NCBI GenBank assembly: GCA_012295275.1
Contig: CM022672.1
Coordinates: forward strand, 23,746,001 to 23,810,000
Reading direction: 5' to 3'
DNA: 64,000 nucleotides
Source: Chrysomallon squamiferum
Taxonomy: Eukaryota; Animalia; Mollusca
Shown here: in pieces, positions 38,266 to 51,700 of the stretch
Position numbering within the stretch: position 1 is the stretch's first letter
Layout: every line of letters starts with the position of its first letter
Position numbers and translations under genes: made by a program
The notes under the pieces: model-generated
The model's database searches: none
Told to the model about the DNA's origin: nothing
Seen by the model: only the letters and a program-made list of their open reading frames with translations

Positions 38266-38412
38266 GAATTTATTAATAAAAAATATTACTGTTGAGGGTT
38301 CGTACCAATAATGTTTCATCATAATTGAATTACGTTTGTATACTAATTAAATCGTGTTCACTATTTCAAAGAATAGTTGTGAATTATTATTTTAAAATAA
38401 TTTTTCAACTGA

Positions 38413-38413
<1 letters not shown>

Positions 38414-38455
<42 letters not shown>

Positions 38456-38530
38456 TATGTTAGACTTTGTAATAAAAGTGTCCTCTAATGTTTCTATAGA
38501 CACTTTGGTTTCAAAGTCTAACATAATGTG

Positions 38531-38580
<50 letters not shown>

Positions 38581-38610
38581 CGTGTATGTGTGTGTGTGCA
38601 TGTGTGTGTG
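38414..38610. repeat. Palindrome: 80-bp hairpin core (38451-38530) flanked by (CA)n and (TG)n
   Basis: Perfect 19-bp stem CACATTATGTTAGACTTTG/CAAAGTCTAACATAATGTG plus 8-bp stem AAAGTGTC/GACACTTT and a 16-nt loop. Confidence 0.92.
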
Positions 38611-39115
38611 CTAGAAATAATATTAAAATTCTGTTACTGGATTTCAATTACACTTTTCTTTGTTTTTTCTTCTTTCGTTTCCCCACATGTATGTGTTTTG
38701 TTTGTGTTACTGTTTTAAAGAAGGAAAGGAATTTTTGATTTCTAAATCAAAGCTATTAAACTACAAACAAAAAATAAAAAAATAAAAAAATTAAAAAAAA
38801 CAGTACAAAACCCTTATATGATAAGAAAACATTTTTCATTTTCAAATTTAATTATGAAATATTTAAAATCCGCTGGCTGATGTTCTGTCTGTGTCTCTGT
38901 AATTATGCACGTGATAGTGTAATAACCGTTTAATGAAATTTGTTTCAATTACCGTAATAGTACAATAAGCGTTTAGAGAAAATTGTGTTAATTACTGTAC
39001 CTACGTAATTTTCCAGTTTGCTGTGACCTAACTAAATACAGTTTAGTTCAGTCAGTGGGTCACTAAAACACACCGCGAGTAAATAGCAGTGACGAGCCGG
39101 CAAGTCTGACTAATT

Positions 39116-39116
<1 letters not shown>

Positions 39117-39198
<82 letters not shown>
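39117..39198. repeat. Compound (CAT)n/(TAT)n microsatellite
   Basis: Direct inspection. Confidence 0.95.
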
Positions 39199-41944
39199 CA
39201 AATGAAGTTGAAATATATCGTATTTCCTCGATTATCATAAGAACTGACTTGAAAACTGGCACAAAATTAATTTAATGAAGTTACACGTTCAGTATGTATA
39301 ATACTTTTGTTTTCGATTTAAGCATGAATAAAAATTAAAATATTTATTTGCAAATGCAGTTTTCATTATATTTAACATGCACAAATGTAAAACTACCTTA
39401 TATAAGCACCTCGGCTGGGACTTTATAAATATACATATATCCACCTATTCAAAATAATAGAATATGTATAAATAGTATAACAGTTTTTATTATAGAGATG
39501 CTTAACAACCTCTGTACTAGATGTGAATGTATAACATAATTATATAGCGTTATGTTTCACAGGCTGTGGTTACTGGAAAAAACGTTGCTTCTATCTTTCT
39601 TTCTTTTTTCTTCTTCTCTGAGTTAAATGAAAATAAAATTTTGTACGAAATGTGCAGCATCATTGTATAATGTAGGTCAGTAATCTTAGAAGTTGTCTCC
39701 CCTTTTGTTATACGGCTACATGATTATTTCCAGTTACCGGAACACTCTAGTCCAGCAAAAATAAGACAAAGCAGTTAATCTGTGTACCAAGGAAATCTGG
39801 GGAGCATTTAGTTAAATGGGGCAGAGGGGCTGATTTGCCCGACATTTTAACACAGGTACCAAAATCTAATGTAAAATGAAACTTTTATCAATCGATAACG
39901 CACAGCATAAATCACTCAAATGCAACTTAAAAATAAACTGTCTTCTTGATTTGCTTAGTATTTTGTATGAATTTGGAAGGCAGTCACCTCTGGCCTATGT
40001 TTCTGTGTTTCTAATTGTCTGTTTGTTCGTCTCTGTGTTGATCGTCCAGTTTTCTCGCTTATGCTGAGTGAGTTCGGCTGACTGACTCACATACTCACAG
40101 ACTAACTGATTGATCGAAAAATTAGTCACTTACCCATTTATTAATAAATTAAAAAAATCTATTTATCTCTCTGTTACCTATCTATGCATGTGTCCAAATT
40201 ATACTTTTAACATTAGGTTTTTGACCTGATGATATTCGCAAATATTAGTATAATCCTGTCTCGATTTCATTAGATTACGTGTTTTGTATCATCCTGAAAC
40301 TTTCATATTCATTTTGTCGTTGTTACCGTTTTATTAAAATCCGTATAGACGATGATGCATCATTATATAGCAATGCTGCTGGCGTCCTTCCTTTTACCGA
40401 AGACCAGGAAGTTTTGACTTTATTTCTGTTGTTTTGCAATAATAGATTCTGGCACTAATACGCCTACTTTTGTTTGGTTTAGTTTTAAAATGAAAATAAC
40501 AAGATACATTTGACGGCCATGTGTCATATGCGATATACCTGTTTTTGTCTTATGCATGTGATATTGAAGATCAAAAAGAACATTTCTTAAAAGCTGTGCT
40601 TTTAGAAGATTAGTGTTGAAGTTTATTATTCCAAACTTTGTTATCTTGATCCCAGGGACTTTGTGAAGCCTTCACATACATTATTAATACTTAGGAAGAT
40701 AATGTATTAAAAAGTTTGAATTGTTTAAAAAAAAAATACATATATATAGGCACGCGGCGGATATGGTCCATCGTATATTATGTTGATTCGTAATAAAATA
40801 GTAATAGAAATAATAAACACTGTAGTAACTGAGAAACACTACTAGAAAAAGAAGTGATAATTTAAGACAGTTAAAACTATTGTTGTTTATGCCGTAATAA
40901 CAGAATTCTTGTCATACAGCGAAAATACGTTTGTAATTTTTATATCTGATTATCAATAAGTATTATAATTAATTTTGTAATTCTAGTGAATGGAAATGGA
41001 CATCACTCACTGGTACATTATTTCCTTTTCTAGCCATGCTCCAGATCTTGTTATACAAGGGCCAAAATGAGTTCTGTGTGTGGAACAGTGTTGGAATATG
41101 TAGTTAGCTCCATTAAGCCTAAGCAGTTGAGAATTAAAAGAAAAACGAAAATTAACACGAATATTATGTGAAATTGTATAGAATATCTTTAAACGCACGT
41201 AGAATAAGAGATACAAACCGTCATCACAAACAGTTATTAAACACTCATTAATATCGACTGTTAATTTTCTACGAGTTCTTCTTGATCAGCTGAGAGTACC
41301 GTTTCTTTATTTCCTATGGTAAACGTATGGAAATAGATTCGTTAGTGGGTGTTCTCAAATTTGTACTCATCTGATGAGAGGAAATTTCGTTTCTTTTGTA
41401 GTGATCAGTTTACTTGATGAATTCACATTCATAATGCCCAATATCCGAAATGCACCATCAAAACGTCTTTCGTTTCATTTCTCAGGATTTGTGACGATAT
41501 CTCGTTCTTGCATCCATTAGACTGACAGTGTCGTTTCCTGAACAATGCTATACCTGGATATATTTAAGATGGACGTTTCTGCTGCTAACAAAGACAGTTT
41601 TTCATTACCGCTGATTTAATCTTGTCTGTAGCACAGTAACACACTGACATTTGCCCCAACGTCATCAGTTTCACTGTTCATCCCAGGCAGTCACCGTTTT
41701 GTGTCAAGAAGAGCCGCCTGTGTATGTCACAGATCAGTTAATTTTCATACGATTGCCTCTGTTCTTTTAAAGTACATCATCTACACAATAATAACAACAA
41801 TAACAAGATAAAAAAAAAATAAGAAAGAAAGAATTTATTTTATTTTATAAATGCAGTGAAATCGTATAGAGATACTAAGACGATATACATAAATAATTTG
41901 GACAGTAAAACAGAGACACAGACCCTGAGAAAAAGACATAATAA

Positions 41945-41967
41945 AGAGAGAGAGGGAGGGAGGGAGG

Positions 41968-42056
<89 letters not shown>

Positions 42057-42106
42057 GAGGGAGGGACGGAGGGAGGGGAGAGAGAGGGGGAGGGACGGAG
42101 GGAGGG

Positions 42107-42195
<89 letters not shown>
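41945..42195. repeat. Polypurine tract: (GA)n interrupted by (GGGA)n
   Basis: ~250 bp almost purely purine on +. Confidence 0.95.
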
Positions 42196-42197
<2 letters not shown>

Positions 42198-43856
42198 TGT
42201 TTGTGTGTATAGGGGTTGCTCTTATCGATTAGCTGCAAACGATATGTTATATGTACCCTCTCATATATCGAAAAGCATATATCATGTCTGTTAATCAATT
42301 GTCTTAGTGTAACGGCCGGAATAGTTACTTTTTTTTTTTTATGACAAATGAGATTTAAGGTTTTAAACTCTGAATTAAGAAATATAATTTAGCTATTTAG
42401 ACGTCAGTTTTAGTACCATTTCTAAAAGTGGTAAATGAGTAAATAAATGAATAAATACCTAAATAAATAAATAGTTCAGATAAAAAAATGTTAAAATTCA
42501 GCATACAAAGACAAACACACATATGTAGTCACACACACACACACACACGCACACACACACACGGACACACTCAAAACGTAACGCCCCCTCAGATATAAAA
42601 ATAAAATCCAAAATTCAGAATAAATTATAAGCATCATTATTACACCATGCATGTCAAAATTACATCAACTTCTAATATTATCCAGCTGTGAACGTCGGGA
42701 ATGTTCTGTGCCCATTAAAATGCTAACCTCACCCTTCTGTTCCGGTCCGCCTGGGGCAAAGTCGTTAATACAGACGTACCGAGTCACACCAGATATGACC
42801 TTACCTGGGACTTTCCAAAGTATTCTGTACTTTACTGCAACACGCGCAATATATTATTAATTTATATTAAAATAGTAATGTAAACTGGATAAAAAAAAAA
42901 AAATGTACTGATAATGATAAATTATAGAAAAAAAAAAATATATATATATAAAAAAAGATAATAGTAATTGTAATAATAAAATAAAATTAAAATAAAGAAA
43001 CAAATAAAAGAAAATAAAGAAAAGAAAAATAAATTAAAAAATAAAATAATATAATAAATAAATTTTAATAAGAAGAAGAAGAAGAAAAAGAAACGAAACA
43101 AAATCCACCAAATAAACAAACAGCACATCAAACTAAAGAGAACAAAAGAATAAAAAGAATTAAAAAAAAAAAGAGAAATAAACGGATTCTCAAATATGTT
43201 TAAGTATGAATAGAATTTGTATTGTTATTATTATCATCTAAAATAATAATAATAATAATAATAAAATAGACATTAATGAAAAAAACAGCCTATCCTCGAC
43301 AATGGACTTTGATCACTTCGTTAAACCACAGTGTGTCGTATGTATTACTAATTACATCAAGAAATCAACTGTAAACACTGACTTGAAAATTAGTCCAATG
43401 ATTCAGCAAAGTGTTATTTTACAACAGAGTTATCATGTAACAGTAGAAAAATAAACTCAGGTTTTCAAATTAACTTAACATGCATCAGACAACAAAAAAA
43501 TGTCATAATTTAACTAGAAATGTCACAAGAAATATACTACAATTGTAACGTGTAATATTTGTTTAATGGTAACTAGACGCTACTATTTAATGTTCAGCTA
43601 AAAAAAAAAAAAAAAATTCTGCTTGTTTTTGTTGCTAGAGAACCAGAGTAACCCAATTCATTGATAATGGTATTATCAAATCTTTAATCTGCTGTTATCG
43701 CTTTAACAAACAATCCAGAAGCTTCGGATTTCTAGCGCTGTTTGAGAGCAAGGGACGTCCTGGGATTTTTTTAAAAAAGGGGTGGCTGTTATTATGTGCT
43801 AAATATATATATTTTTAAATCACTTAGTATGCAATTTAGTATGTGTATGTTTACGA

Positions 43857-43905
<49 letters not shown>

Positions 43906-44535
43906 AGAGTATTTGTTTCTGTGTGTCTCTCTCTGTCTGTGTGTTTGTGTCTGTGTGTGTGTGTGTGTGTGTGTGTCTGTGTGTGTGGTTGAGAGTATTT
44001 GTTTATCTCTCTATGTGTAATATATACGTATATTGCAACAGAGAAAATAGAGGACATGTCGCCCTGCCTCGATGATTTTAATAATAAAGTCATAATTATT
44101 ATTACTGACCACACTCATCTCACAGTAATTAAAATGTTTACGCAACCCATAAAACCATGTAAAGAAAACAGTGATATGTTACATGCATTTAAGTTAGGAG
44201 TTTAATAACAGTACCCGTGTCGTTGCATATTATATCTATATGCTTTTTTATATTATAGAATCCTTCTCTTTTTTTTTCAGTTATTTTGTTTGTAATAATA
44301 ATCTTCTGAATCAAGACCTTTCTTAAGCAGCAAGGTGATCTGAATGATAAATTTGCATAAATGTAAAACGATGAATGGTCCTGTTTATGAGCCTCTAAAC
44401 CCCATTCTTCTCTTGGTTTGAGCTGGAGTTAATGAATTCAGGGGAAACTTCTAGAATGTACTACAAATTCTGTTCGCATTGAAAAAGTCTATCCGTTAAC
44501 TTTTTCTCCTTTTTTTTTTTTTATTATTATTATTA

Positions 44536-44604
<69 letters not shown>

Positions 44605-44959
44605 TATTATTTATTTTATTTTTATAATTATTATTATTATTTTTTTTTTTTATGGGTTGCTTATCAGTAATAAAAAGAATTATTCCCGAGATACGTGTGT
44701 CTGAAATATTTCTGTTTAGTCACTCGTACCCACTTCGCTCTCCACATTCTGGCGCCGGTGATAACGATATATAACGCATTTAGTCTGAATAATTTATTTA
44801 AAGCAGAAATTAATCTTACTAAAACTACTAGAATACAGAGGTGTTTTTCTAACATTAAGGGACAATGTATTAATATAATTACTGGTTTTTCGTATCTGTT
44901 AATTTGATTGAAAATAATTATTTAACTCATAAACATAATCATCATTAACATCATTAATT

Positions 44960-45168
44960 ACACCGTCACCGTCACCACCACCACCACCACCACCACCACC
45001 ACCACCACCACCACCACCAACAACAACAATAATTATAGCCACAACAATAGTACGAACTAAAAACAACAACATCAACAACAACAGTATGAACAAAACAACA
45101 ACAAAATCAACAACAACAAAAACAACAATAATATTAATAATAACAACAGCAACAATAACAATAATAAC
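44960..45168. repeat. (CAC)n/(CAA)n trinucleotide repeat region
   Basis: Direct inspection. Confidence 0.9.
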
Positions 45169-45259
45169 AAGGAATGGAATGCAAATAAATAATTCCACAC
45201 TCTGTTATCTATTGCATCATGCACAGGGTCCTATACACGTTACAGGAAGTTTTAATGGA

Positions 45260-45430
45260 TGAATGACGCACGTAAAGGCGACTTTGTTCCCAGATTTCGT
45301 GGAAATCGTACGTAAGTCTTCTAACCTTTCTTTGAAACGAAAAAGCTGTAACAAGAGAATCCATTGTCACTTCAGATAACATTATCACGTATGACGTCAT
45401 AGAGGTGACACGTGTTTCCAGTAACCATGA
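45260..45430. promoter_or_regulatory. bZIP/bHLH motif cluster, candidate distal enhancer
   Basis: Palindromic ATGACGTCAT 45391-45400, adjacent TCACGT and CACGTG, TGACGCA ~45265. Confidence 0.3.
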
Positions 45431-45979
45431 CATTTTTATTAATTCGTGACTATTTGGAATTTTTTTTCTCCTTTTTCTGTTTTTTGTTTTCCCCCCTAAC
45501 TGCCATATCTAGAGTACAGTTTGAAAATACGTTCAAGGGTGCACACATGTTCTAAAGTTACAGAGGGGATGGGGACAAAGCACATTAATAAAATGTTTCA
45601 ATGCACATATCAAATAAACTCATTTTTAAATTTATTACACACTTTATTTGGTAATGAAATAAAATAAAGATACTTACACTTTTGTAACTTCTATTTAACA
45701 CACACACACACACAGAGAGAGAGAGAAGAGAGAGAGAGAAATACGCCTCGAGAGAGAGAATACGCCTCGAGCAGACTCGTAAACCGGTATTTAAGTTCAA
45801 AACATAAAACAGTTTAGTTTTTAATTATTTTAAGACGCGACAGAAATGAAATAACTGTTATAGTCTGTTTCACTGACCTAGATAAAGTGCAAAATAAACA
45901 GATGTAAAGCAAAGCATTCAGTTCAAAATATCTCGAAAACAATAATATAAGATTAATGTTTTTCTTAAATAAATAAATG

Positions 45980-46307
45980 ATTACTGTTACTGCTACTGTT
46001 GCTATTGCTACTACTACTACTGCTACTACTACTACTACTACTACTGCTGGTACTGTTACTGCTACTACTACTATTTATTGCTACATCTACAACAACAACT
46101 ACTACTCTATTACTACTAGTACTGCTAGTACTACTACTGCTGCTGCTAATGTTACTGCTACTACTACTACTATTATTGCAACATCTACAACAACAACTAC
46201 TACTCTATTACTACTAGTACTGCTAGTACTACTACTGCTAAGTCTACAGCTACTATTATTACTACATCTCTAATAACAATAGCTACTACTACTCTTACCA
46301 TTACTAT

Positions 46308-46389
<82 letters not shown>
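45980..46389. repeat. Degenerate (CTA)n/(TAA)n repeat with an internal ~100-bp duplication
   Basis: ACATCTACAACAACAACTACTACTCTATTACTACTAGTACTGCTAGTACTACTACTGCT occurs at ~46083 and ~46181. Confidence 0.9.
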
Positions 46390-47125
46390 TTAAAAAATAC
46401 AACTATTCAACGATTTAAGGCATGATTAACACAAACACACGAACATTTTAGAAAACTCTAATGAGGCTGTTGTAGAATGTGCAGAAGTGACCGCCTGGTG
46501 TTTCCATTTTACCTACGCCACTGGCTACACATTGTACAAAATTAACATTCAGAAGCTTGGCAGTATTAATAATTCAACTGTCATCTAGTAATCAAATATA
46601 CATATAAACAGTTATAAAATTTAGCAAAAAAAAAAAAAAAAAAAAAAAAAACATAAAAGGTTTCTTCATCATTATTGCAACACCAATAAAATCAACATCT
46701 TAAAAGATAAATTTCTTCTTCTTTTTGCTTCTTGATTTTTTTCTTCTAAATGAACAATTTAATTAACCTTGAACGATATCCTTTCATAAAGCGTATTAGT
46801 TATCAGAAGTAATCAATACGTGAAAACAAAATAATTTTATAAACATGTTAAGGGGTAAATTATAAATGTTTTCTTATAAATTAAATCAGTTTTACAATTA
46901 TTTGGTTTTATAACTGTTGATCAATAATGATAACATATTTATTAGTGTTTGATAATTGCTTTGAATTTAGTCTTGTGTCATAATGTCTACTTACTTACTC
47001 ACTTACTTATTTTTTTAACTTACTCTAAACACAAAACATGACTGATCATAGAAGTGTAATTAGTATAGCTTCTGTTTTAATTTAACTTATTAAAATTGTT
47101 TTTGACATTGTCGTTGTTATCATTA

Positions 47126-47173
<48 letters not shown>

Positions 47174-47274
47174 AACTATTACTACTATTTAAAGTTACTT
47201 TCATTTTGAACCAGACTTGTGCTTATGATATTTTTTACCATATTTTTTGACAATATATATGATAATGCTATACA

Positions 47275-47390
47275 ACTTGATGGTTAGAGTCCAGAACGCG
47301 TAAGTCGATCAATCCATAGAGATGTTCTGGTTTTCCGCCATACATGATTATCAACGGCATGTAAAGGACACTTGCTGCTAAGAGGCATAA
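47275..47390 (+). mobile_element. Possible highly decayed copy of the same SINE-like family
   Basis: GATTATCAACGGCATGTAAAGGACACTTGCTGCTAA resembles the motif order of the other two fragments. Confidence 0.3.
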
Positions 47391-47660
47391 CTATTACGTT
47401 AAATCTAGGCTCCATGATTCATCCCTTGTGTTATGTAAAAAACTGAAAAAAAAAAAAAAATAAAAAAGAATAAAAAAATAAAAATCACAAAAACGTATGT
47501 TAAAATGTACTGGTACATTGTTATGTATTTTATGAAAAGTTACAGTTCAGCGTTAAGTTATAAGTAAATAAAATTAAAAAAATTAAAAAAATGTTTTTAG
47601 TTTAAAATGTCATCAATAGGTTTTGATGAAGTGTCAGGTATCATCACGGATTTTTTTAAA

Positions 47661-47695
<35 letters not shown>

Positions 47696-48443
47696 TAATT
47701 TAGAGAAATTTACTAAAGCAAAAAGAAAAGAAATTCTGTTTTATATCAGACATTTTAACCTGTTCACACTAAATGGAAAAATAAATAAAGAAAGAAAAAC
47801 TCAGTGTCATCAAATTTCTTTTCCTTTTTCTTACTGTTTTATAACATTATTCTTTTACAGTCGCAGACACTGTAAAAAAAAAAAAAAAAAAAAAAAAAAT
47901 TAAAAAAAAAAAAAATAAAAAACAAACAACCGATCCTCCAAAAGCAAATGTAATCTTTCTATTAAGTGAAATTTTTATATTTAAATAAATTCTTTCATCT
48001 TTTCTCTTTGATATTTTTTTTCTTCCCTGCAGATTTGCTGCGGAGGCGGAATATGCGTTTTGGAGATGAAATTAGCCAACAGGAAATATGCCAGCTTGCA
48101 TTCTTTTAAAATGATTTTGTTTTGTCGTTCTGACCACGTCTGGATCGAGACGTTAACCTGTTAAGATTCTATAATTGTTCACCGCTGCCATTTGTCTTTG
48201 TGTCAAATTTGGAATCATGTCGTTAACTTGACTCTGGACATTAATGGGTCGTTTATTCTCGGAAGACTCCGCTATCTGCACGTGCTAAATGAGTGATGTT
48301 TGTGACTCTCTTATGTCATGCACAGGAAGCACTAGAAACTAGGACGATTTTAATACGTAAGGAAAGAAAAAGAAGTCGAAGAAGAAAAAAGGATTTCTGT
48401 TTTAGAAAAAAACACACACGTGAATAAGCATGTTTATTGCATG

Positions 48444-48483
<40 letters not shown>

Positions 48484-48686
48484 TCCTGTGTAAAGACTCG
48501 TCGAGCATGAAATGCCGAACATCGACGAGTATTGATCCTGCAAACTATCGTCTCAGCTGAGTGCTCTAAAAGCTGAACCACTTCCAGCACCATGAGCAGT
48601 CAAAAATAATAACAGAGCTATAAAATAAAACAAAAATAACAGCACACCATACTGGTTTATAATAAATGTTTCACTTTTTTTTGTTG

Positions 48687-48718
<32 letters not shown>

Positions 48719-51700
48719 AAAATTAATAACCCTATTAATAAATTACGTAACAGTTTTATCTATTAACGATCAGTTTTTAATTAAAAAAAAATTGTTTTAT
48801 TAGCTGTAACCTCTTATAACATTTAACACTACGATGTACTACAGAGGTTTCCGTTTTGTCTTATGACTTATTAGCTAAAACGTGTTGGTATTAATTAGAA
48901 AAGAAATTGTATTTTTTGGTTTCTTTCGTTTTCTTTTCGTTGTTTTTGTCATTTTACTGGCCGACGGGAAGAAAGCTCGCGGACATCTTGCTTGATGATA
49001 TAATGCAATTAACGCCAGAGTTTTTATTTTTTTTTATTATTATCGGTGTCTTTCAGCAGCCGGCCCAGTTTCCGCATGTGACCAAAATCGTCAAACTGTT
49101 GCGCAGTCGGATTTGCAAATTTTCCTGTAATACACGACTAACGGTACCATCAATATTCCAATGTAACGAACGATATCGAATTCACCCACATGAATAATAA
49201 CAAATGATTAGATTGCGACACTCCTTTTCTATGGCTATTATCGATTTTTGTATTATTTGATTTCCCATGATGATTTCTTATATAATGCAGCGCAACAGCC
49301 GAAATCCACGATCAGCTGTTTTAATATGATGCTGATTAGGTCAAGCTATTGACGTACCTCCACGCGGACAGCAATGTCGTATTTCAAAGATTGGCCTGAA
49401 ATTAAAAAAAAAAAATCTATTCAGCAAATTTACAGCTCAGATTAAAGATACAACTCTAGTCAGGTTTCGCAACACAATGTGGAACGCTTGCAGTGTAGGA
49501 GATCCAATTTTCAAACTGAAATGTGCTTCGTTATCAATATAAAGCAGTGGGAATTGTTGTGGGTACAAACACTCTTGACCTTGAACTTGTATTAATAAAT
49601 TATCACTATATTGTTAACACTGACTATATATATAACTAATAACTGCATCCGGTATATTGGTTTTGTTTTTGTTCAGATATTGACGGACAAAATTCTGTAA
49701 GATATAAATATACATATACATTTAAATAATAACAAATACAACAATAGTACAAATAACTAGATTAACAACAACAACAACAACAACAACCAACAACAAAACA
49801 GGTATAAATAATGTATGTATGCAAGTATGTATGTATGTATGTATGTACGTACGTACGTATGTATATATGTATTATGTATTTCGTATTTCGTATATATGTA
49901 TTATGTATTTAGCATGTACGTATGTATGTATGTATGTATTTATGTTTGTACGTATGTATGCATGTATATATGTAGTCAAAGTCACAAAATAAGAGAACTA
50001 ATCGAAAAATAAATATTAGTAAAAACTAGTAAATCATTTTCGATCAAAAATATCCGTTATTTCATTGAAGACGTTATCTCGACAGTTGTAAATTATTGAT
50101 CTTTATTTACGTGTTACATCGCCATGAGCTGCAGTGACAGGAAAAAGGAATACTGCTGAAAAAGCTTTTTGTTTACAACCAAAGAAGATTGAAATTGGAT
50201 AATTATCTTTTGTCAGTATGGACGGTGACTCAAAAATACAACACGTTATTGCCTTTTTCCGAGAAAATGAATGAAATGTGTTTAAAAGTTTTTTTGTTGT
50301 GTTTTTTTTTTTTTTATATATCTTCAGTTGAAATGTATTTTTAGTACAAATTATCGTGATAATGCGTACAATAATAGCACACACATACATATAAAAAGAC
50401 GTCTTTAATGGATTCTTTAACAATTGATGAAACAACAAAAAGACTCTGTGTGTCACTCTGGATTGTATTTTGTTTCATTGTTGTAATTGATAATGAAATA
50501 AATTATAAAATACGACAAATTATTGATTAAATGACATTTTTGGAAACTATTTTCCTATCTAGAAATATCTTTTAATGCTTCCGGAAGTTCATTTTTAGCC
50601 ACGGTTTATTTGGTCTGTATGAATTGAATGTTTTATTTATTCATTTTATTTTTACTTTTTTTTTTAAACAGAAAAAGATTGATCAATAGAAATAAATAAA
50701 AAGTAATAGGTATGCCAGATAATGGATATTTACTGGTTTTTTACAGACTATATGGCAGCCATTTTAATTTCCAATCTTAAAACAATACTGCTATCTTAAT
50801 ATTAGAGTAAATAATTGGTATTATTTATTTTCTTTTTAATTTTTGATATGGTTTTATTTGCTTTTGTTTTATGGCTGGTTGACTTTCTTCTTAAAGGTTT
50901 GGAATGTTCAGTTAAAGTCAAAATTGTATTGGCATTTATTTCATTTTGATCAGACACACGTTCGAGTGTTAATGTTTTGCATGATCAAGCCTTTCAAGAC
51001 ACCAGTTTTCAAGTCGTTCTGTCTATGAGAAGGTGCACATGGAAGAACCGTTGCTGCTAACAGAAGCTAAACAACGGTTCATGATTCTGGTTTATACAAT
51101 TACTCGCAAAGACAAAAACATCACACTATATCTTCTACATTAATAATAAAAAGTTTATTTGATTTCAGCAATGGTCTGTGTTTTAATTCAGAAATTATGA
51201 TTCGATTTATCAAATTATTTAGTGTGAATTCCATTATGTAACAAATTATAATTTTAAAATGTATGCTCACAGATACCAGTAACAATGACAGTAAATTTTA
51301 TTGTCCTAAACTGCAGGATTACAAGTTAAGAGAAGAATGTACTACAAAAAAGATAACAAATAAAAATTAAATGCATTTGCGTTTAAATTTAACATGGGGG
51401 ACATATAATTCTTAATAACAGAGATAACTTCTTTAACATAAATATACTTTTTCTACCAAACAATTTGTTACATGAAAATACTAGTATATCTGCATGTTTC
51501 ATATATTTATTATGAACACCTTTTGAAATTCAAGTAAGATAGCTTTCTATTTTCAATTGATTTTTGAAAATTCTATTCTCAGTAACGTTTGGAGCCGTTT
51601 TAGTTTATTTTTCCACACTTGTAATATATATATATATATATATTGTCATACGTGCCAGCTATCATACAGAGAAGCAGTCAGGTGGAATGTGGGCTGAGCG

